From Syntrophomonas sp. (lineage in GTDB: Bacteria > Bacillota > Syntrophomonadia > Syntrophomonadales > Syntrophomonadaceae), in NCBI GenBank assembly GCA_039679805.1, contig JBDKUD010000215.1:1-54086 (forward strand): DNA of 54,086 nt, in the 5' to 3' direction. A model generated the notes under the pieces. It was not told where the DNA came from. It made no database searches and worked only from the letters and a program-made list of their open reading frames with translations. Position numbers and translations under genes: made by a program. Shown piece after piece: positions 1-9,625 of this stretch (the stretch's first letter is position 1; each line of letters starts with the position of its first letter).

Positions 1-264
1 ACTCTGGATGAAGTAGTTTCAGTAATGAACGATTTATATTCTGTAGGATGCCAGATATTAACTCTGGGACAGTATTTGCAACCGTCTGAGGAACACGTAC
101 CGCTTGTGGAATATATACACCCGGATACTTTCAAGATGCTGGAGGAAACGGGATATAAAATAGGATTCTTAGAAGTGAATGCGGGACCATTGGTACGAAG
201 TTCGTACCATGCCGCCCGAACTTTTGAAAAGATTCGTAAAACTAATATAGAAGGGGGTAAATAA
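1..264 (+). CDS. lipA: Lipoyl synthase, C-terminal fragment (5' end lies outside the window)
   Basis: Frame 1 is open from base 1. LTLGQYLQPSEEHVPLVEYIHPDTF...GPLVRSSYHA matches the conserved LipA C-terminus (E. coli LTLGQYLQPS...GPFVRSSYHA, from memory). Confidence 0.9.
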   Translation, partial: TLDEVVSVMNDLYSVGCQILTLGQYLQPSEEHVPLVEYIHPDTFKMLEETGYKIGFLEVNAGPLVRSSYHAARTFEKIRKTNIEGGK

Positions 265-266
265 AT

Positions 267-698
267 TTGGCTAAAGTTGATAAATATGAAATTCCAGATG
301 ACCTTTATTATACTACTGACCATGCATGGGTAAAAATAGAAGGTAACCAGGTAAGAATAGGTATTACCGATTTTATGCAGCAACTGGCTGGAGAAATTAC
401 CTTTGTAAGAGTTCCGCGGGCTGGAAAAGAATTTGAGGCAGGTAAAAATCTTTGTTCCATGCAGTCCGGTAAGTGGGCCGGGAAAATAGCCATGCCGATA
501 GCCGGAAAGATTATAGATGCTAATAAGGATTTGGCTTCAGCACCCAAACCTTTAAATGAAGATCCCTATGGACAGGGTTGGATTGCCGTTGTTGAACCGA
601 CTAATATAGCTGATGTAGAAGCCAACCTGATGAAGGGTGAAAAAGCCATTGCGTTCGTAAAAGAGGAAATGGCTAAACATGCTGAAGAAGCTCAATAG
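267..698 (+). CDS. GcvH-like lipoyl-carrier protein (LbpA-like)
   Basis: TTG start 2 nt after the lipA stop; 143 aa. H-protein pattern HAWVK..GITDF...MQSGKWAGKIAMPIAGKI, with the candidate lipoyl-lysine codon at 471-473. Confidence 0.85.
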   Translation: MAKVDKYEIPDDLYYTTDHAWVKIEGNQVRIGITDFMQQLAGEITFVRVPRAGKEFEAGKNLCSMQSGKWAGKIAMPIAGKIIDANKDLASAPKPLNEDPYGQGWIAVVEPTNIADVEANLMKGEKAIAFVKEEMAKHAEEAQ

Positions 699-716
699 AC
701 CCATGGTAAGGGGGAA

Positions 717-2171
717 ATGCTGTTGAATAGAGAAGTAATACAAAAAATGGTCGACAAATACGGGGATCGTGCCACAGATTCATTATTTGAACGTTCTCTT
801 TATGCACGTGACCTGGCGCCTGTTCCTGCCATACTTGCCAATGTGTTAGTTAAGACACTTCCGGATATTGTAGTTAGACCGGAGAATACCGAAGAAGTAG
901 CTGAAATAATGAAAACGGCTTACGCCAATAGTATTCCGGTCACTCCCCGGGCAGGCGGATCTACCGTATATTTTGATTCAGTACCTGCTAAAGCCGGTAT
1001 TTTAATGGATCTTAATCTTATCAAAGGTATTGTTGCTCTTGATGAGGCCGGTATGACAGTTAAAGTAAAAACCGGTACTACCTGGAGTGAACTGGATGAA
1101 TATTTAAACATTAAAGGGTTTGCGCCAAAGTCATTTCCCAGCAGTGCACCAGCTGCTACCATCGGTGGATGGTTTTGTATGATGGGGTATGGTATTGGCA
1201 GTATGAAATATGGCAGCCTATTATCCCAGGTCAGATCAATTGAGGTGGTTTACCCGGATGGGAAAGTACAAAAAGTTTCACGTGAAACCAACCCGGCTCT
1301 AGATTGGTTTGTTTCTTCTGAAGGAACCCTGGGTATTATTACTGAGCTGGAAGTGGAAGTACGCAAACTTAATAATATGAAACACTTTTTACTGCAACTG
1401 CCTGATGCTCAAAAAATGCTTGTTACTATGAATGAGATTATCAACGGACCCATTCTTCCGTATAATATGCATTTTTCTGATCAGGAATGTTTAAAGGCTA
1501 TGAATGCTTTGGGCTTTTCACCTGCCAACATGGAAACCGGATGCCTTATCGGTATCGACTATGAAGGCTCAGATGAAGAATTAAAACAAGCCGAGGAATT
1601 TATTAATAGTCTAACAGTGGCTAATAAGGTGGTTAATCCTGTTCCCGAGGAAACAGCTGAACTGGAATGGGAGGAAAAATTCAAAGCATTAAGACTTAAG
1701 AGAGGTGGACCATCGGTTCTGGGTGCCGAAGTATGGCTGCCAATTAAAGGTCTGCCGGCTTACCTGGATGATATAAAGAAAATGGCTAAGGGATATAATC
1801 TAAACCTATTTTCTTATGGACATGTCGTTACTCCTGAATACGCCACGGTAATGACTACATTCTATGCCAATGAAACCCAAACTATAAAATATATTTTCAA
1901 TCTCAGTATGGTTAAAAAGATTCATGATGTTGGTTATCGTTATGGCGGCTGTCCCTATGGAGTGGGGGTATGGAATTCACCGATGATCGGCAGAATTCAT
2001 CAGACACCTAAATTGAATGAACTAAGAAAAAGAAAACAGACTATGGATAGCAAGGGAATAATGAATCCTGGCAAAGTTTACCGTGCGCCTCTATTGATGA
2101 ATCCTTTCAACTATTCCATGGGTATGAATGTTTTAGCCGGGGTTAGAAAAGTAATTGGAAAGGGGTGGTAA
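717..2171 (+). CDS. FAD-binding oxidoreductase (PCMH/GlcD-type FAD-linked oxidase)
   Basis: 484 aa; RBS AAGGGGGAA. N-terminal FAD-binding region with PRAGGSTVYFDSVP and GTLGIITE motifs typical of GlcD/D-lactate dehydrogenase-type flavoproteins. Confidence 0.85.
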   Translation: MLLNREVIQKMVDKYGDRATDSLFERSLYARDLAPVPAILANVLVKTLPDIVVRPENTEEVAEIMKTAYANSIPVTPRAGGSTVYFDSVPAKAGILMDLNLIKGIVALDEAGMTVKVKTGTTWSELDEYLNIKGFAPKSFPSSAPAATIGGWFCMMGYGIGSMKYGSLLSQVRSIEVVYPDGKVQKVSRETNPALDWFVSSEGTLGIITELEVEVRKLNNMKHFLLQLPDAQKMLVTMNEIINGPILPYNMHFSDQECLKAMNALGFSPANMETGCLIGIDYEGSDEELKQAEEFINSLTVANKVVNPVPEETAELEWEEKFKALRLKRGGPSVLGAEVWLPIKGLPAYLDDIKKMAKGYNLNLFSYGHVVTPEYATVMTTFYANETQTIKYIFNLSMVKKIHDVGYRYGGCPYGVGVWNSPMIGRIHQTPKLNELRKRKQTMDSKGIMNPGKVYRAPLLMNPFNYSMGMNVLAGVRKVIGKGW

Positions 2172-2174
2172 CCG

Positions 2175-3338
2175 ATGAGTAAGGAATCAGCAAGCAATTA
2201 CAGCAATCTGGAAAAGGAAGCCTTGATTTGTGGTCGTTGTGGTTACTGCCGTAGTGCCTGCCCGGTTTACCGCGTTGTAGGCTGGGAGTCTGCCGCACCC
2301 CGGGGCAAGATAAGCATGGCCCGGGAGATTTTCTCTAAAAACCAATCAAATGTTTTAACTGATGATTTTGTTAAACGCTTATCACAATGTACCTTGTGCG
2401 GAGCCTGTGCCAATGAGTGTTCAACCGATATTGACACCCGTAAATTATGGTTGGATTTACGCAAACGTATTGCCTCTATGGGTAAAGAGCCCAAAGCTTA
2501 CGATGCTATTAGGGATAATCTGTTGGCCAATAAAAATATCACCAGTTTCAGTAATGATGATCGTTTGGAATGGGCCCAGGATCTGGATGAGCCTGAACAA
2601 CTTGAACCCCGGGCCGGAGCTGAGGTGGCTTATTTTGTAGGATGTGTATCAGCCTACTTCCCACAAGCAGCCCAGATTCCCCTGGCTGTTTCCGAAATTT
2701 TAACTGAATCTGAAATCGATTTCACTACTATGGGCGGGGATGAATGGTGTTGTGGCTTTCCTCTGATTAGTACCGGTTTTGTAGAAGATTCAGAGCAGTT
2801 TGTTAAGCATAACGTTGATAAAATTAAAGAACTGGATATTCATACGCTAATTGCCAGTTGTGCTTCCTGTTATCATGTTTGGAAACATGACAGTGAAGAA
2901 GCGTTAAAAGGTTACAATCTAGAGGTTCTCCATACTACTGAATACTTGGCCAGGTTAATTAAAGAAGGCAAGATTGAACTAAACGAACTGGATGAAGTAG
3001 TGACCTATCATGACCCATGTGATCTGGGTAGAAACGGTGGGGTATTTGATGCACCCCGTGAAATAATAACCAGTATTCCCGGTGTTAAGTTTGTGGAGTT
3101 GGCTCATAATAAAAAAGCCTCATTGTGTTGTGGTGGTGGTGGAAACCTTCAGAGTGTTGATGCAGATACTGCTGCTAAGATTACGGCACTCAGAGTGGAA
3201 GAAATCAAAGCAACTGGTGCTACAATTGTTGTGTCCGCCTGTCAGCAATGCGAACAAATGTTAATAGCGGCCATTCAAAAAGCTAAACTTCCGGTAAGAG
3301 TAATGGACATTAGCCAACTGATTCTTGAAGCACTATAG
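2175..3338 (+). CDS. Iron-sulfur protein with two ferredoxin-type Cys motifs and two CCG domains (HdrD/GlcF-like)
   Basis: CGRCGYCRSACP and CTLCGACANEC motifs, then WCCG... and LCCGGGG... (cysteine-rich CCG domains). The start lies 3 nt after the upstream stop. Confidence 0.85.
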   Translation: MSKESASNYSNLEKEALICGRCGYCRSACPVYRVVGWESAAPRGKISMAREIFSKNQSNVLTDDFVKRLSQCTLCGACANECSTDIDTRKLWLDLRKRIASMGKEPKAYDAIRDNLLANKNITSFSNDDRLEWAQDLDEPEQLEPRAGAEVAYFVGCVSAYFPQAAQIPLAVSEILTESEIDFTTMGGDEWCCGFPLISTGFVEDSEQFVKHNVDKIKELDIHTLIASCASCYHVWKHDSEEALKGYNLEVLHTTEYLARLIKEGKIELNELDEVVTYHDPCDLGRNGGVFDAPREIITSIPGVKFVELAHNKKASLCCGGGGNLQSVDADTAAKITALRVEEIKATGATIVVSACQQCEQMLIAAIQKAKLPVRVMDISQLILEAL

Positions 3339-3498
3339 CATATTAAGCAGAATAACTCCGACTTGGTAAATTAAAACTTCCGACAAATTGATTAATAAAC
3401 TCTGAAAAATAGTAATTTTACAGTTAATCCCCGGTCATTGTGTGTATAGACATTCATCATTACAATTAAAATTACTTTTGAAAAGGGAGTTGGAAGAA

Positions 3499-3801
3499 AT
3501 GAAGTTAAAAGCAGCGTTTATTTTTGTAGCTCCAGATGCTAATTACGAAGTTCATCGGGCCGTAATTGAGAGCCCGGTAGTTGAATTGACGGCGGTAGGT
3601 GTTAAAGATTATGCCATGGCTGCTAAAGCCGCCAAGGAATTGGTGGATGCTGGTGTAGGTGCTATTGAATTATGTGGCGGATTTGGAATTGAAGGTACCG
3701 CTGCAGTGAAAAAAGCGGTTGCCGGCAAAGCTGCTATCGGGGTAGTAAGGTTTGACAATCACCCCGGACTTGAGTTTAAAAGCGGTGACGAACTTTTTTA
3801 G
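3499..3801 (+). CDS. Small conserved hypothetical protein (about 100 aa)
   Basis: I chose ATG 3499 over the ORF-track GTG 3442 because of the RBS AAAAGGGAG upstream. The protein is Ala/Gly-rich and globular-looking (MKLKAAFIFVAPDANYEVH...CGGFGIEG). I recognised no family with certainty. Confidence 0.5.
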   Translation: MKLKAAFIFVAPDANYEVHRAVIESPVVELTAVGVKDYAMAAKAAKELVDAGVGAIELCGGFGIEGTAAVKKAVAGKAAIGVVRFDNHPGLEFKSGDELF

Positions 3802-3826
3802 TAGATAGTGGGAGGCTGAGGTAATA

Positions 3827-4786
3827 GTGGATTTATACAACTTGGGGGCGGTTACCTGGTGGGAGTCCCAATGTTTTTATCATGCTTTGGCTCACCTGGG
3901 CCGCGAAGGGTTGATAATCTGCTTTCCTTCTACTCCTTATGTATGCTTGGGTTTACACGATGATCTGGAACAGGAAATTGACCGGGGATACTGTGAGAGA
4001 TCTGGTATACCCATTTTTCGGCGAGAGACCGGAGGTGGGGTGGTTTACCTGGATAGCAGGCAAGTATTTTTTCAATTGGTAATTAAAAGAGATAATCCCC
4101 AACTACCATTACGAAGGTATAGGTATTACGAAAAATTTTTACAACCTGCCATTTCAGTTTACCGACAGTTTGGTATCCCAGCTGCGATTAAAGTTCCTGC
4201 TGACATCGCAGCTAATGGAAAAAAGTGCTCTGGTAATGCATGTGGGGATATTGGAACCTGTGTTGCCTATGTGGGTAATCTTCTATTAGATTTTGACTTT
4301 TCTGTTATGAGCAATGTATTAAGGGCTCCTTACCCTCAATTTCGGGAATATTTAATGCAAGCAATGCAAAATAATATGACAACCTTTAAGGATTGGGTGG
4401 ATTATTCAGTAACATATGATGATCTGGCCTCACGTCTTATTGATGAATTTAAAATGCAATGGACAGAGCTGGATTACACCAAGCCTGATCAGGTATTAAT
4501 TGACAAAGCAACTGAAATATATAAAAGATCTGTTACCGATGACTGGCTGCAAATGCCGGGTCGCAGATATTATGATAGAAAAATTAAGATCGCCGAAGGT
4601 CTAATGTTGATGGAAAAAAGAATTGGGTCAAACAGTAATGCTGTGATCCTGGTTCGAGAGGGAATAGTTGAAGATATAAATATTCTTGGCAGAGACGATA
4701 TAGAAAATGATATAGCTTTTAGATTTATCGGGCAGGAATGGAACGATGATTTATTAGCTGAAATTACTTCCAATCCCGTTATTTAG
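3827..4786 (+). CDS. Lipoate/octanoate-protein ligase family protein (BPL_LplA_LipB fold)
   Basis: RRETGGGVVYLD and GKKCSGNA motifs correspond to the LplA RRxSGGGAVxHD and GxKxSGxA motifs. GTG start with RBS GGGAGG. Confidence 0.7.
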   Translation: MDLYNLGAVTWWESQCFYHALAHLGREGLIICFPSTPYVCLGLHDDLEQEIDRGYCERSGIPIFRRETGGGVVYLDSRQVFFQLVIKRDNPQLPLRRYRYYEKFLQPAISVYRQFGIPAAIKVPADIAANGKKCSGNACGDIGTCVAYVGNLLLDFDFSVMSNVLRAPYPQFREYLMQAMQNNMTTFKDWVDYSVTYDDLASRLIDEFKMQWTELDYTKPDQVLIDKATEIYKRSVTDDWLQMPGRRYYDRKIKIAEGLMLMEKRIGSNSNAVILVREGIVEDINILGRDDIENDIAFRFIGQEWNDDLLAEITSNPVI

Positions 4787-4802
4787 TAGGAGGAAATTAT
4801 TT

Positions 4803-5225
4803 ATGCAAGTTGATAAATATGAAATACCTGAAAATTTATTATATGATACTAATGATTTTTGGATAAAAATCAATGGTGAAGAAGCAGTAGTAGGTATGAC
4901 AGACTTCGGACAAAGCAACACCGGGGATATCTTATATTTAGAGTTATTTAACAGTGGTGAATCCATAAAAAAAGGTGAACAATTTGGATCCATTGAATCT
5001 GGAAAATGGGTTGGTAATCTGACAGCTCCAATATCAGGAGAAGTTATTGAAAATAATAATGAAGTTGCCTGTAATCCCCGCAAAGTTAATGCCGATGCTT
5101 ATGGAGAAGGCTGGATGTATCGGCTTAAACTAAGCAATCCTGATGAAGTTAAAATGTTAATGGCAGCAAACCAATATGCTGAGTGGGTTACCGAACAGAT
5201 TAATAACGAACAGGAGATAGAGTAG
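4803..5225 (+). CDS. GcvH-like lipoyl-carrier protein (second copy, LbpA-like)
   Basis: 140 aa and paralogous to 267-698 (both contain KYEIP near the N-terminus). SIESGKWVGNLTAPISGEV matches the H-protein ESVKA..PxSGEV pattern; lysine codon at 5004-5006. Confidence 0.85.
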   Translation: MQVDKYEIPENLLYDTNDFWIKINGEEAVVGMTDFGQSNTGDILYLELFNSGESIKKGEQFGSIESGKWVGNLTAPISGEVIENNNEVACNPRKVNADAYGEGWMYRLKLSNPDEVKMLMAANQYAEWVTEQINNEQEIE

Positions 5226-5229
5226 TATT

Positions 5230-6303
5230 ATGAAAGAAAATTGGCGCTTATTTGATCCCGGACCATTAACTGTAGCGGAGAATATGGCTCTGGATAGAGT
5301 CATACTTAATGCACGCAGTGCCAACCTTGCTCCCAATACCGTCCGTTATTTGCAGTTTAAACCGCAATGTGTGCTGGTAGGATATCATCAATCCGTAGAG
5401 CTCGAGGTAGAAGAAGAATATTGCCGTCAGCATGGTATTGAGATAAACCGGCGGATTACCGGTGGGGGTAATCTATACTGGGATGAATCCCAGTTGGGAT
5501 GGGAAATAGTAGCACCAAAAGATACTCCTGGTATACCTAAAAGACTTGAAGACATGTATAGGCTTATGTGCGAAAGTGTAGTATTAGGACTAGATAAGCT
5601 CGGTGTCAAAGCTAAATTTCGTCCTAAGAATGATATAGAAGTTGGAGGCAGAAAGATATCGGGCACCGGAGGTACTGAAATTGGTGATGCCTTCTTATAT
5701 CAAGGAACTCTGTTAACTGATTTTGATGTTGATACAATGATAAGTTGTCTAAAGCTTCCCATTAAAAAACTGGAAGATAAACAGGTGGATTCTTTTAAAC
5801 AAAGAGTCATTTGTTTGAAGGAGGTACTGGGATATTTGCCTCCCATGGAACAAATAAAGTCAGCACTTTCTGAAGGGATATCTGAAGTTTTAGGAATAAC
5901 TATGGAGCCCGGTGGCCTTACTGCAGCAGAAGAAAAAGCATTTAAAGAAGAATTGCCACTTTTTCAATCAGAAGAATGGATAAAAGGTCTTCGTACTATA
6001 CCCCAGGAAAATGATTTAAGTCTTGCCGAATATAAAGCCCCGGGAGGGCTAATACGTGTATCTTTAAGATTGGATAGGAATCGGCAGGTTATTAAAAGTG
6101 CTTTTATAACGGGTGACTTTTTTGCTTATCCGGAAAGAAGCATAATGGATCTGGAGGCCGCTTTGAAAAATTCATCATGCCGCCCCGCGGATGTTTTTAA
6201 TATAGTTAGTCAGTTCTTTATAGATAATGAAGTAAAAATACCGGGTGTAGATGTTGATGATCTATACCATGCCATATATCTCGCTATTGAAAAAGGCAGG
6301 TGA
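5230..6303 (+). CDS. Lipoate-protein ligase (LplA family, full length with C-terminal accessory domain; sLpl(AB)-like)
   Basis: 357 aa; RRITGGGNLYWD and GGRKISGTGG catalytic-core motifs. The length fits a fused large plus small domain ligase. Confidence 0.8.
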   Translation: MKENWRLFDPGPLTVAENMALDRVILNARSANLAPNTVRYLQFKPQCVLVGYHQSVELEVEEEYCRQHGIEINRRITGGGNLYWDESQLGWEIVAPKDTPGIPKRLEDMYRLMCESVVLGLDKLGVKAKFRPKNDIEVGGRKISGTGGTEIGDAFLYQGTLLTDFDVDTMISCLKLPIKKLEDKQVDSFKQRVICLKEVLGYLPPMEQIKSALSEGISEVLGITMEPGGLTAAEEKAFKEELPLFQSEEWIKGLRTIPQENDLSLAEYKAPGGLIRVSLRLDRNRQVIKSAFITGDFFAYPERSIMDLEAALKNSSCRPADVFNIVSQFFIDNEVKIPGVDVDDLYHAIYLAIEKGR

Positions 6304-7367
6304 CAGCATTGAGTACACCTGAATATGATGTGGTGGTGGTAGGGGCAGGCCCCGCAGGAGCCAGTGCTGCTGCTGCTGTTGGTAAGCAAGGAGTAAATGT
6401 ACTGCTTGTTGATAGTAAAAGTATTCCGGGAACCCCTGTTCAATGTGCAGAATACGTGCCTCGTATAGTTAAAAAATATGTATCACTGCCACCGGAAGCA
6501 GTCGTTCAAAAAATAGATACTCTCTTAACATTTATTAACGATGAATTAGTTTCTACTCTGGCCGGTCCGGGATATATACTGGATAGAAAAATATTTGACG
6601 GAAGTCTGGTACAGGATGCTATTGAATCAGGAACTGAATTCTGGGCTGGAACAAAAGCAGTATCCAAAACAAACGAGGGATTAATTGTTCATCAAGCTGG
6701 AAAAGACAATCAGGAAATCAAATCTAAGATAATTATTGGAGCGGACGGACCGCGATCAATAGTAGGTCAATGGATGAATAGCGAAAATAAAAAGTTCATG
6801 ATTGGACTTCAATATAGATTGCCGCTTTGTAAATACCAATCATCAACAGATATTTATTTTAAGCCTGAATACGAGGGTGGTTACGCTTGGGTCTTTCCAA
6901 AAGGTGAATATGCCAATATAGGAGTAGGTGTAAACACATTATATAAAAATAAATTGCCATTAATAATTAAGGATTTTATAAATAACCTGGTTGCCCGTGG
7001 AATAGTGGTAGATGACAGGCCAATTGAGAAAACCGGAGGATTAATACCGGTAGGTGGTCCACTTGAGGTTACTCAACGAGAGAATATGCTTTTGACAGGT
7101 GATGCGGCCGGACATACTCATCCGGTAACCGGTGGTGGCATTATGAATGCGATTGTCACCGGACGAATGGCAGGTGCGATAGCCGCCCAGGCAGTGATTA
7201 ACAATGATTTAACAATGCTCTCGCAATATCCTCAAACGTGGCAATCATTTTTGGGCAGATATCTAAATAGAGCTACCCAACAGCGAAATGAGATGGATCA
7301 TAAATGGACATATGATGCCCAGCAGTTTGAAGAATTAATTAGGAATAATTGGTTTAGTTTTAATTAA
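6300..7367 (+). CDS. Geranylgeranyl-reductase-family FAD-dependent oxidoreductase (LipT-like)
   Basis: GTG start overlaps the upstream stop (GTGA). YDVVVVGAGPAGASAA dinucleotide-binding motif and LTGDAAGHTHPVTGGGI motif. Confidence 0.8.
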   Translation: MTALSTPEYDVVVVGAGPAGASAAAAVGKQGVNVLLVDSKSIPGTPVQCAEYVPRIVKKYVSLPPEAVVQKIDTLLTFINDELVSTLAGPGYILDRKIFDGSLVQDAIESGTEFWAGTKAVSKTNEGLIVHQAGKDNQEIKSKIIIGADGPRSIVGQWMNSENKKFMIGLQYRLPLCKYQSSTDIYFKPEYEGGYAWVFPKGEYANIGVGVNTLYKNKLPLIIKDFINNLVARGIVVDDRPIEKTGGLIPVGGPLEVTQRENMLLTGDAAGHTHPVTGGGIMNAIVTGRMAGAIAAQAVINNDLTMLSQYPQTWQSFLGRYLNRATQQRNEMDHKWTYDAQQFEELIRNNWFSFN

Positions 7368-7388
7368 TACGGTACTGGAGGTTAGAAA

Positions 7389-8423
7389 ATGTCTTCAATA
7401 GGTGAAAGCCCTGAATATGTACAAACCAGCCTGGCCGGAGCAATATGCCTGGGAATGGAGTCTGGCCGGTTTATGAAAAATACTAAATGTGGCTGTCTTA
7501 ATCTTTTGTTAACTTATAAAAATGGCTGCAGTGCATCATGCAGTTACTGTGGCCTGGCCCATAACCGGCAAGTTGATTCCTCCAAAACATTTATTCGAGT
7601 TAAATGGCCAACCTATGCTATGACAGAGATAATTGACCGCGTGAAAAATAGACCCCACCCCTTCAAACGGGTTTGTGTATCAATGATAACACACGGGCAT
7701 TCACTTGCTGATACATGTACTATAATTAAACAAGTTCGTGAAGAGACTGGTTTACCAGTTAGTGCGCTGATTGCTCCGACGGTTATGAAAGGGAAAACCG
7801 ATATGGAGTCCTTAAAAATGGCTGGAGCCGAACGTATAGGTATTGCCATTGATGCGGTTACTGAAGAATTGTTTGAGAAGCACCGTGGTCACGGAGTAGG
7901 TGGCCCTCATCGCTGGGAACGTTTTTGGGAGAGCGTTACTGAGGCAGTAGATGTTTTTGGTAAATATAATGTCGGCGTTCATTTAATTGTAGGCCTGGGT
8001 GAAACTGAAGAACAAATGGTAAAAGTTATTGATCAAGCCTATCAAATGGGTGCCCTGACCCACTTGTTTTCGTTTTTCCCGGAAGCAGGAAGTGTTATGG
8101 AGGGATGTTTACAGCCATCTTTGGGGCACTACCGCCGGGTGCAAATGGCACGTTATTTAATAAATGAGGGTATTATCAGTGGTAATGTTATTAATTTTTC
8201 TCCTGAAGGACAAATAATTGACTTTGGGATAGACATTGAACCATATATCGAAAAAGGAATTGCCTTTATGACTTCCGGTTGTCCCGGAGAAGACGGATTG
8301 GTGGCGTGCAACCGTCCATTTGGTAATGAACGAGCCAGTGAACCAATGCGTAATTATCCGTTTATACCTGAAGCTGGTGATTTAGAAATAATTCGCCCGC
8401 AGATATGGAATGGTGTGAAATGA
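7389..8423 (+). CDS. Radical SAM protein (LipS1/LipS2-like candidate)
   Basis: CSASCSYC is a CxxxCxxC motif; 344 aa; RBS GGAGG. Its position next to ligase, carrier and LipT-like genes supports the assignment. Confidence 0.8.
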   Translation: MSSIGESPEYVQTSLAGAICLGMESGRFMKNTKCGCLNLLLTYKNGCSASCSYCGLAHNRQVDSSKTFIRVKWPTYAMTEIIDRVKNRPHPFKRVCVSMITHGHSLADTCTIIKQVREETGLPVSALIAPTVMKGKTDMESLKMAGAERIGIAIDAVTEELFEKHRGHGVGGPHRWERFWESVTEAVDVFGKYNVGVHLIVGLGETEEQMVKVIDQAYQMGALTHLFSFFPEAGSVMEGCLQPSLGHYRRVQMARYLINEGIISGNVINFSPEGQIIDFGIDIEPYIEKGIAFMTSGCPGEDGLVACNRPFGNERASEPMRNYPFIPEAGDLEIIRPQIWNGVK

Positions 8424-9382
8424 ATAGTCTAGAGGCAATACTTAAAGAAGCCTGGAAAATCAGGCAGGCTACGGAGCCAGTATTGCTGGTATCAGCCCCC
8501 GGCGCTAAACGTTATAATAATAAATATTATATTAATTACGAGTATTCATTTATGAACTTAAGTGTTACCGGAGAGAATTGCGCTTGTCACTGTGAGCATT
8601 GTAAGGGGAAGCTTCTGGAAACGATGGTTCCCACTACTACCCCGGAAGAAATGAACAGAATTATTGATAGATTAGCAGCAAAAAGAAGCCAGGGGATATT
8701 AATAAGCGGAGGAGCTAATAACAAAGGGGAAGTTCCGTTGTTAGGTTTTTTGGATAGCATGGCTTACGCTAAGGAGAAGGGTTTAAAGGTTATTGTTCAT
8801 TCCGGTTTGATAAAGCGATCAGCCGCCTTAGCTTTAAAAGAGGTGGGAATAGATCAGGTGTTGATAGATATAATTGGTGATGAAAGAACTATTCGGAATG
8901 TTTATCATTTGGATCGAAAACCATCAGATTATTTAGAGTCTATGCTTTTTTGCCGCGAAGTAGGGCTAAATCTTGCCCCGCATGTAGTTATTGGTTTGCA
9001 TTTTGGTGACATTTTAGGAGAGTATAAGGCTTTAGAAATGATTAGTGAGGCCCAACCACAGGCAGTTGTCATGGTAATTATTACACCTACCTGCGGTACG
9101 GGAATGCAGGGAGTTATACCACCAGATATAGATGAAGTGGGCAAGGTAATAGGAACAGCCCGGATATTAAATCCTAATATACCGCTTACTTTGGGCTGTG
9201 CCCGTCCCACCGGAGAATACAAACGACAGGTTGAAATAATGGCTGTAGATTGTGGTGTTAATGCTATTGCTTATCCCGATGAGAATACTATCGAGTATGC
9301 AAGTTCTAAAGGCCTAAAAACTGTATTTTCACAGGAATGCTGCAGTCTTATAGGGACTGGAACAGGTTATAATAGTAAATAA
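8405..9382 (+). CDS. Radical SAM protein (second LipS1/LipS2-like candidate)
   Basis: CACHCEHC contains CxxxCxxC. An alternative start at ATG 8420 gives the classic ATGA overlap with the upstream stop (8421-8423). Confidence 0.8.
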   Translation: MEWCEMNSLEAILKEAWKIRQATEPVLLVSAPGAKRYNNKYYINYEYSFMNLSVTGENCACHCEHCKGKLLETMVPTTTPEEMNRIIDRLAAKRSQGILISGGANNKGEVPLLGFLDSMAYAKEKGLKVIVHSGLIKRSAALALKEVGIDQVLIDIIGDERTIRNVYHLDRKPSDYLESMLFCREVGLNLAPHVVIGLHFGDILGEYKALEMISEAQPQAVVMVIITPTCGTGMQGVIPPDIDEVGKVIGTARILNPNIPLTLGCARPTGEYKRQVEIMAVDCGVNAIAYPDENTIEYASSKGLKTVFSQECCSLIGTGTGYNSK

Positions 9383-9423
9383 ACTAAAATAGTTCAATTT
9401 ACTTATTATTTAAATTAAATAAT

Positions 9424-9512
9424 GCACTGGGGGGCTGATAAGTATCGGCTGAGATAGACCTGGGGGTCTGACCCATAAACCTGATCTGGGTAATGCCAGC
9501 GTAGGGACTGCT
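9424..9512 (+). promoter_or_regulatory. TPP (THI-box) riboswitch aptamer
   Basis: GGGGGCTGATAAGTATCGGCTGAGA...ACCCATAAACCTGATCTGGGTAATGCCAGCGTAGGGA carries the invariant CTGAGA and ACCTGATCTGG.TAATGCCAGCG blocks. It lies directly upstream of thiamine genes. Confidence 0.9.
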
Positions 9513-9526
9513 TATAGCAATGCGCA

Positions 9527-9562
9527 AGGTCTTTTACTTAATCAGGTAAAAGGCCTATTTTT
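9527..9562 (+). terminator. Intrinsic terminator (expression platform of the TPP riboswitch)
   Basis: AGGTCTTTTAC / GTAAAAGGCCT stem (one mismatch) followed by ATTTTT. Confidence 0.8.
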
Positions 9563-9625
9563 ATTGTTGATAATAACAAAAATACGTAAGTACTAATAGG
9601 AAAAATAAATGGAGGTGATATATAT

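Noticed and set aside
3442-3498. The GTG 3442 start given in the ORF track for the small protein.
   Set aside because: The N-terminal extension (MYRHSSLQLKLLLKRELEE) has no RBS, whereas ATG 3499 follows AAAAGGGAG. The shorter form was annotated.
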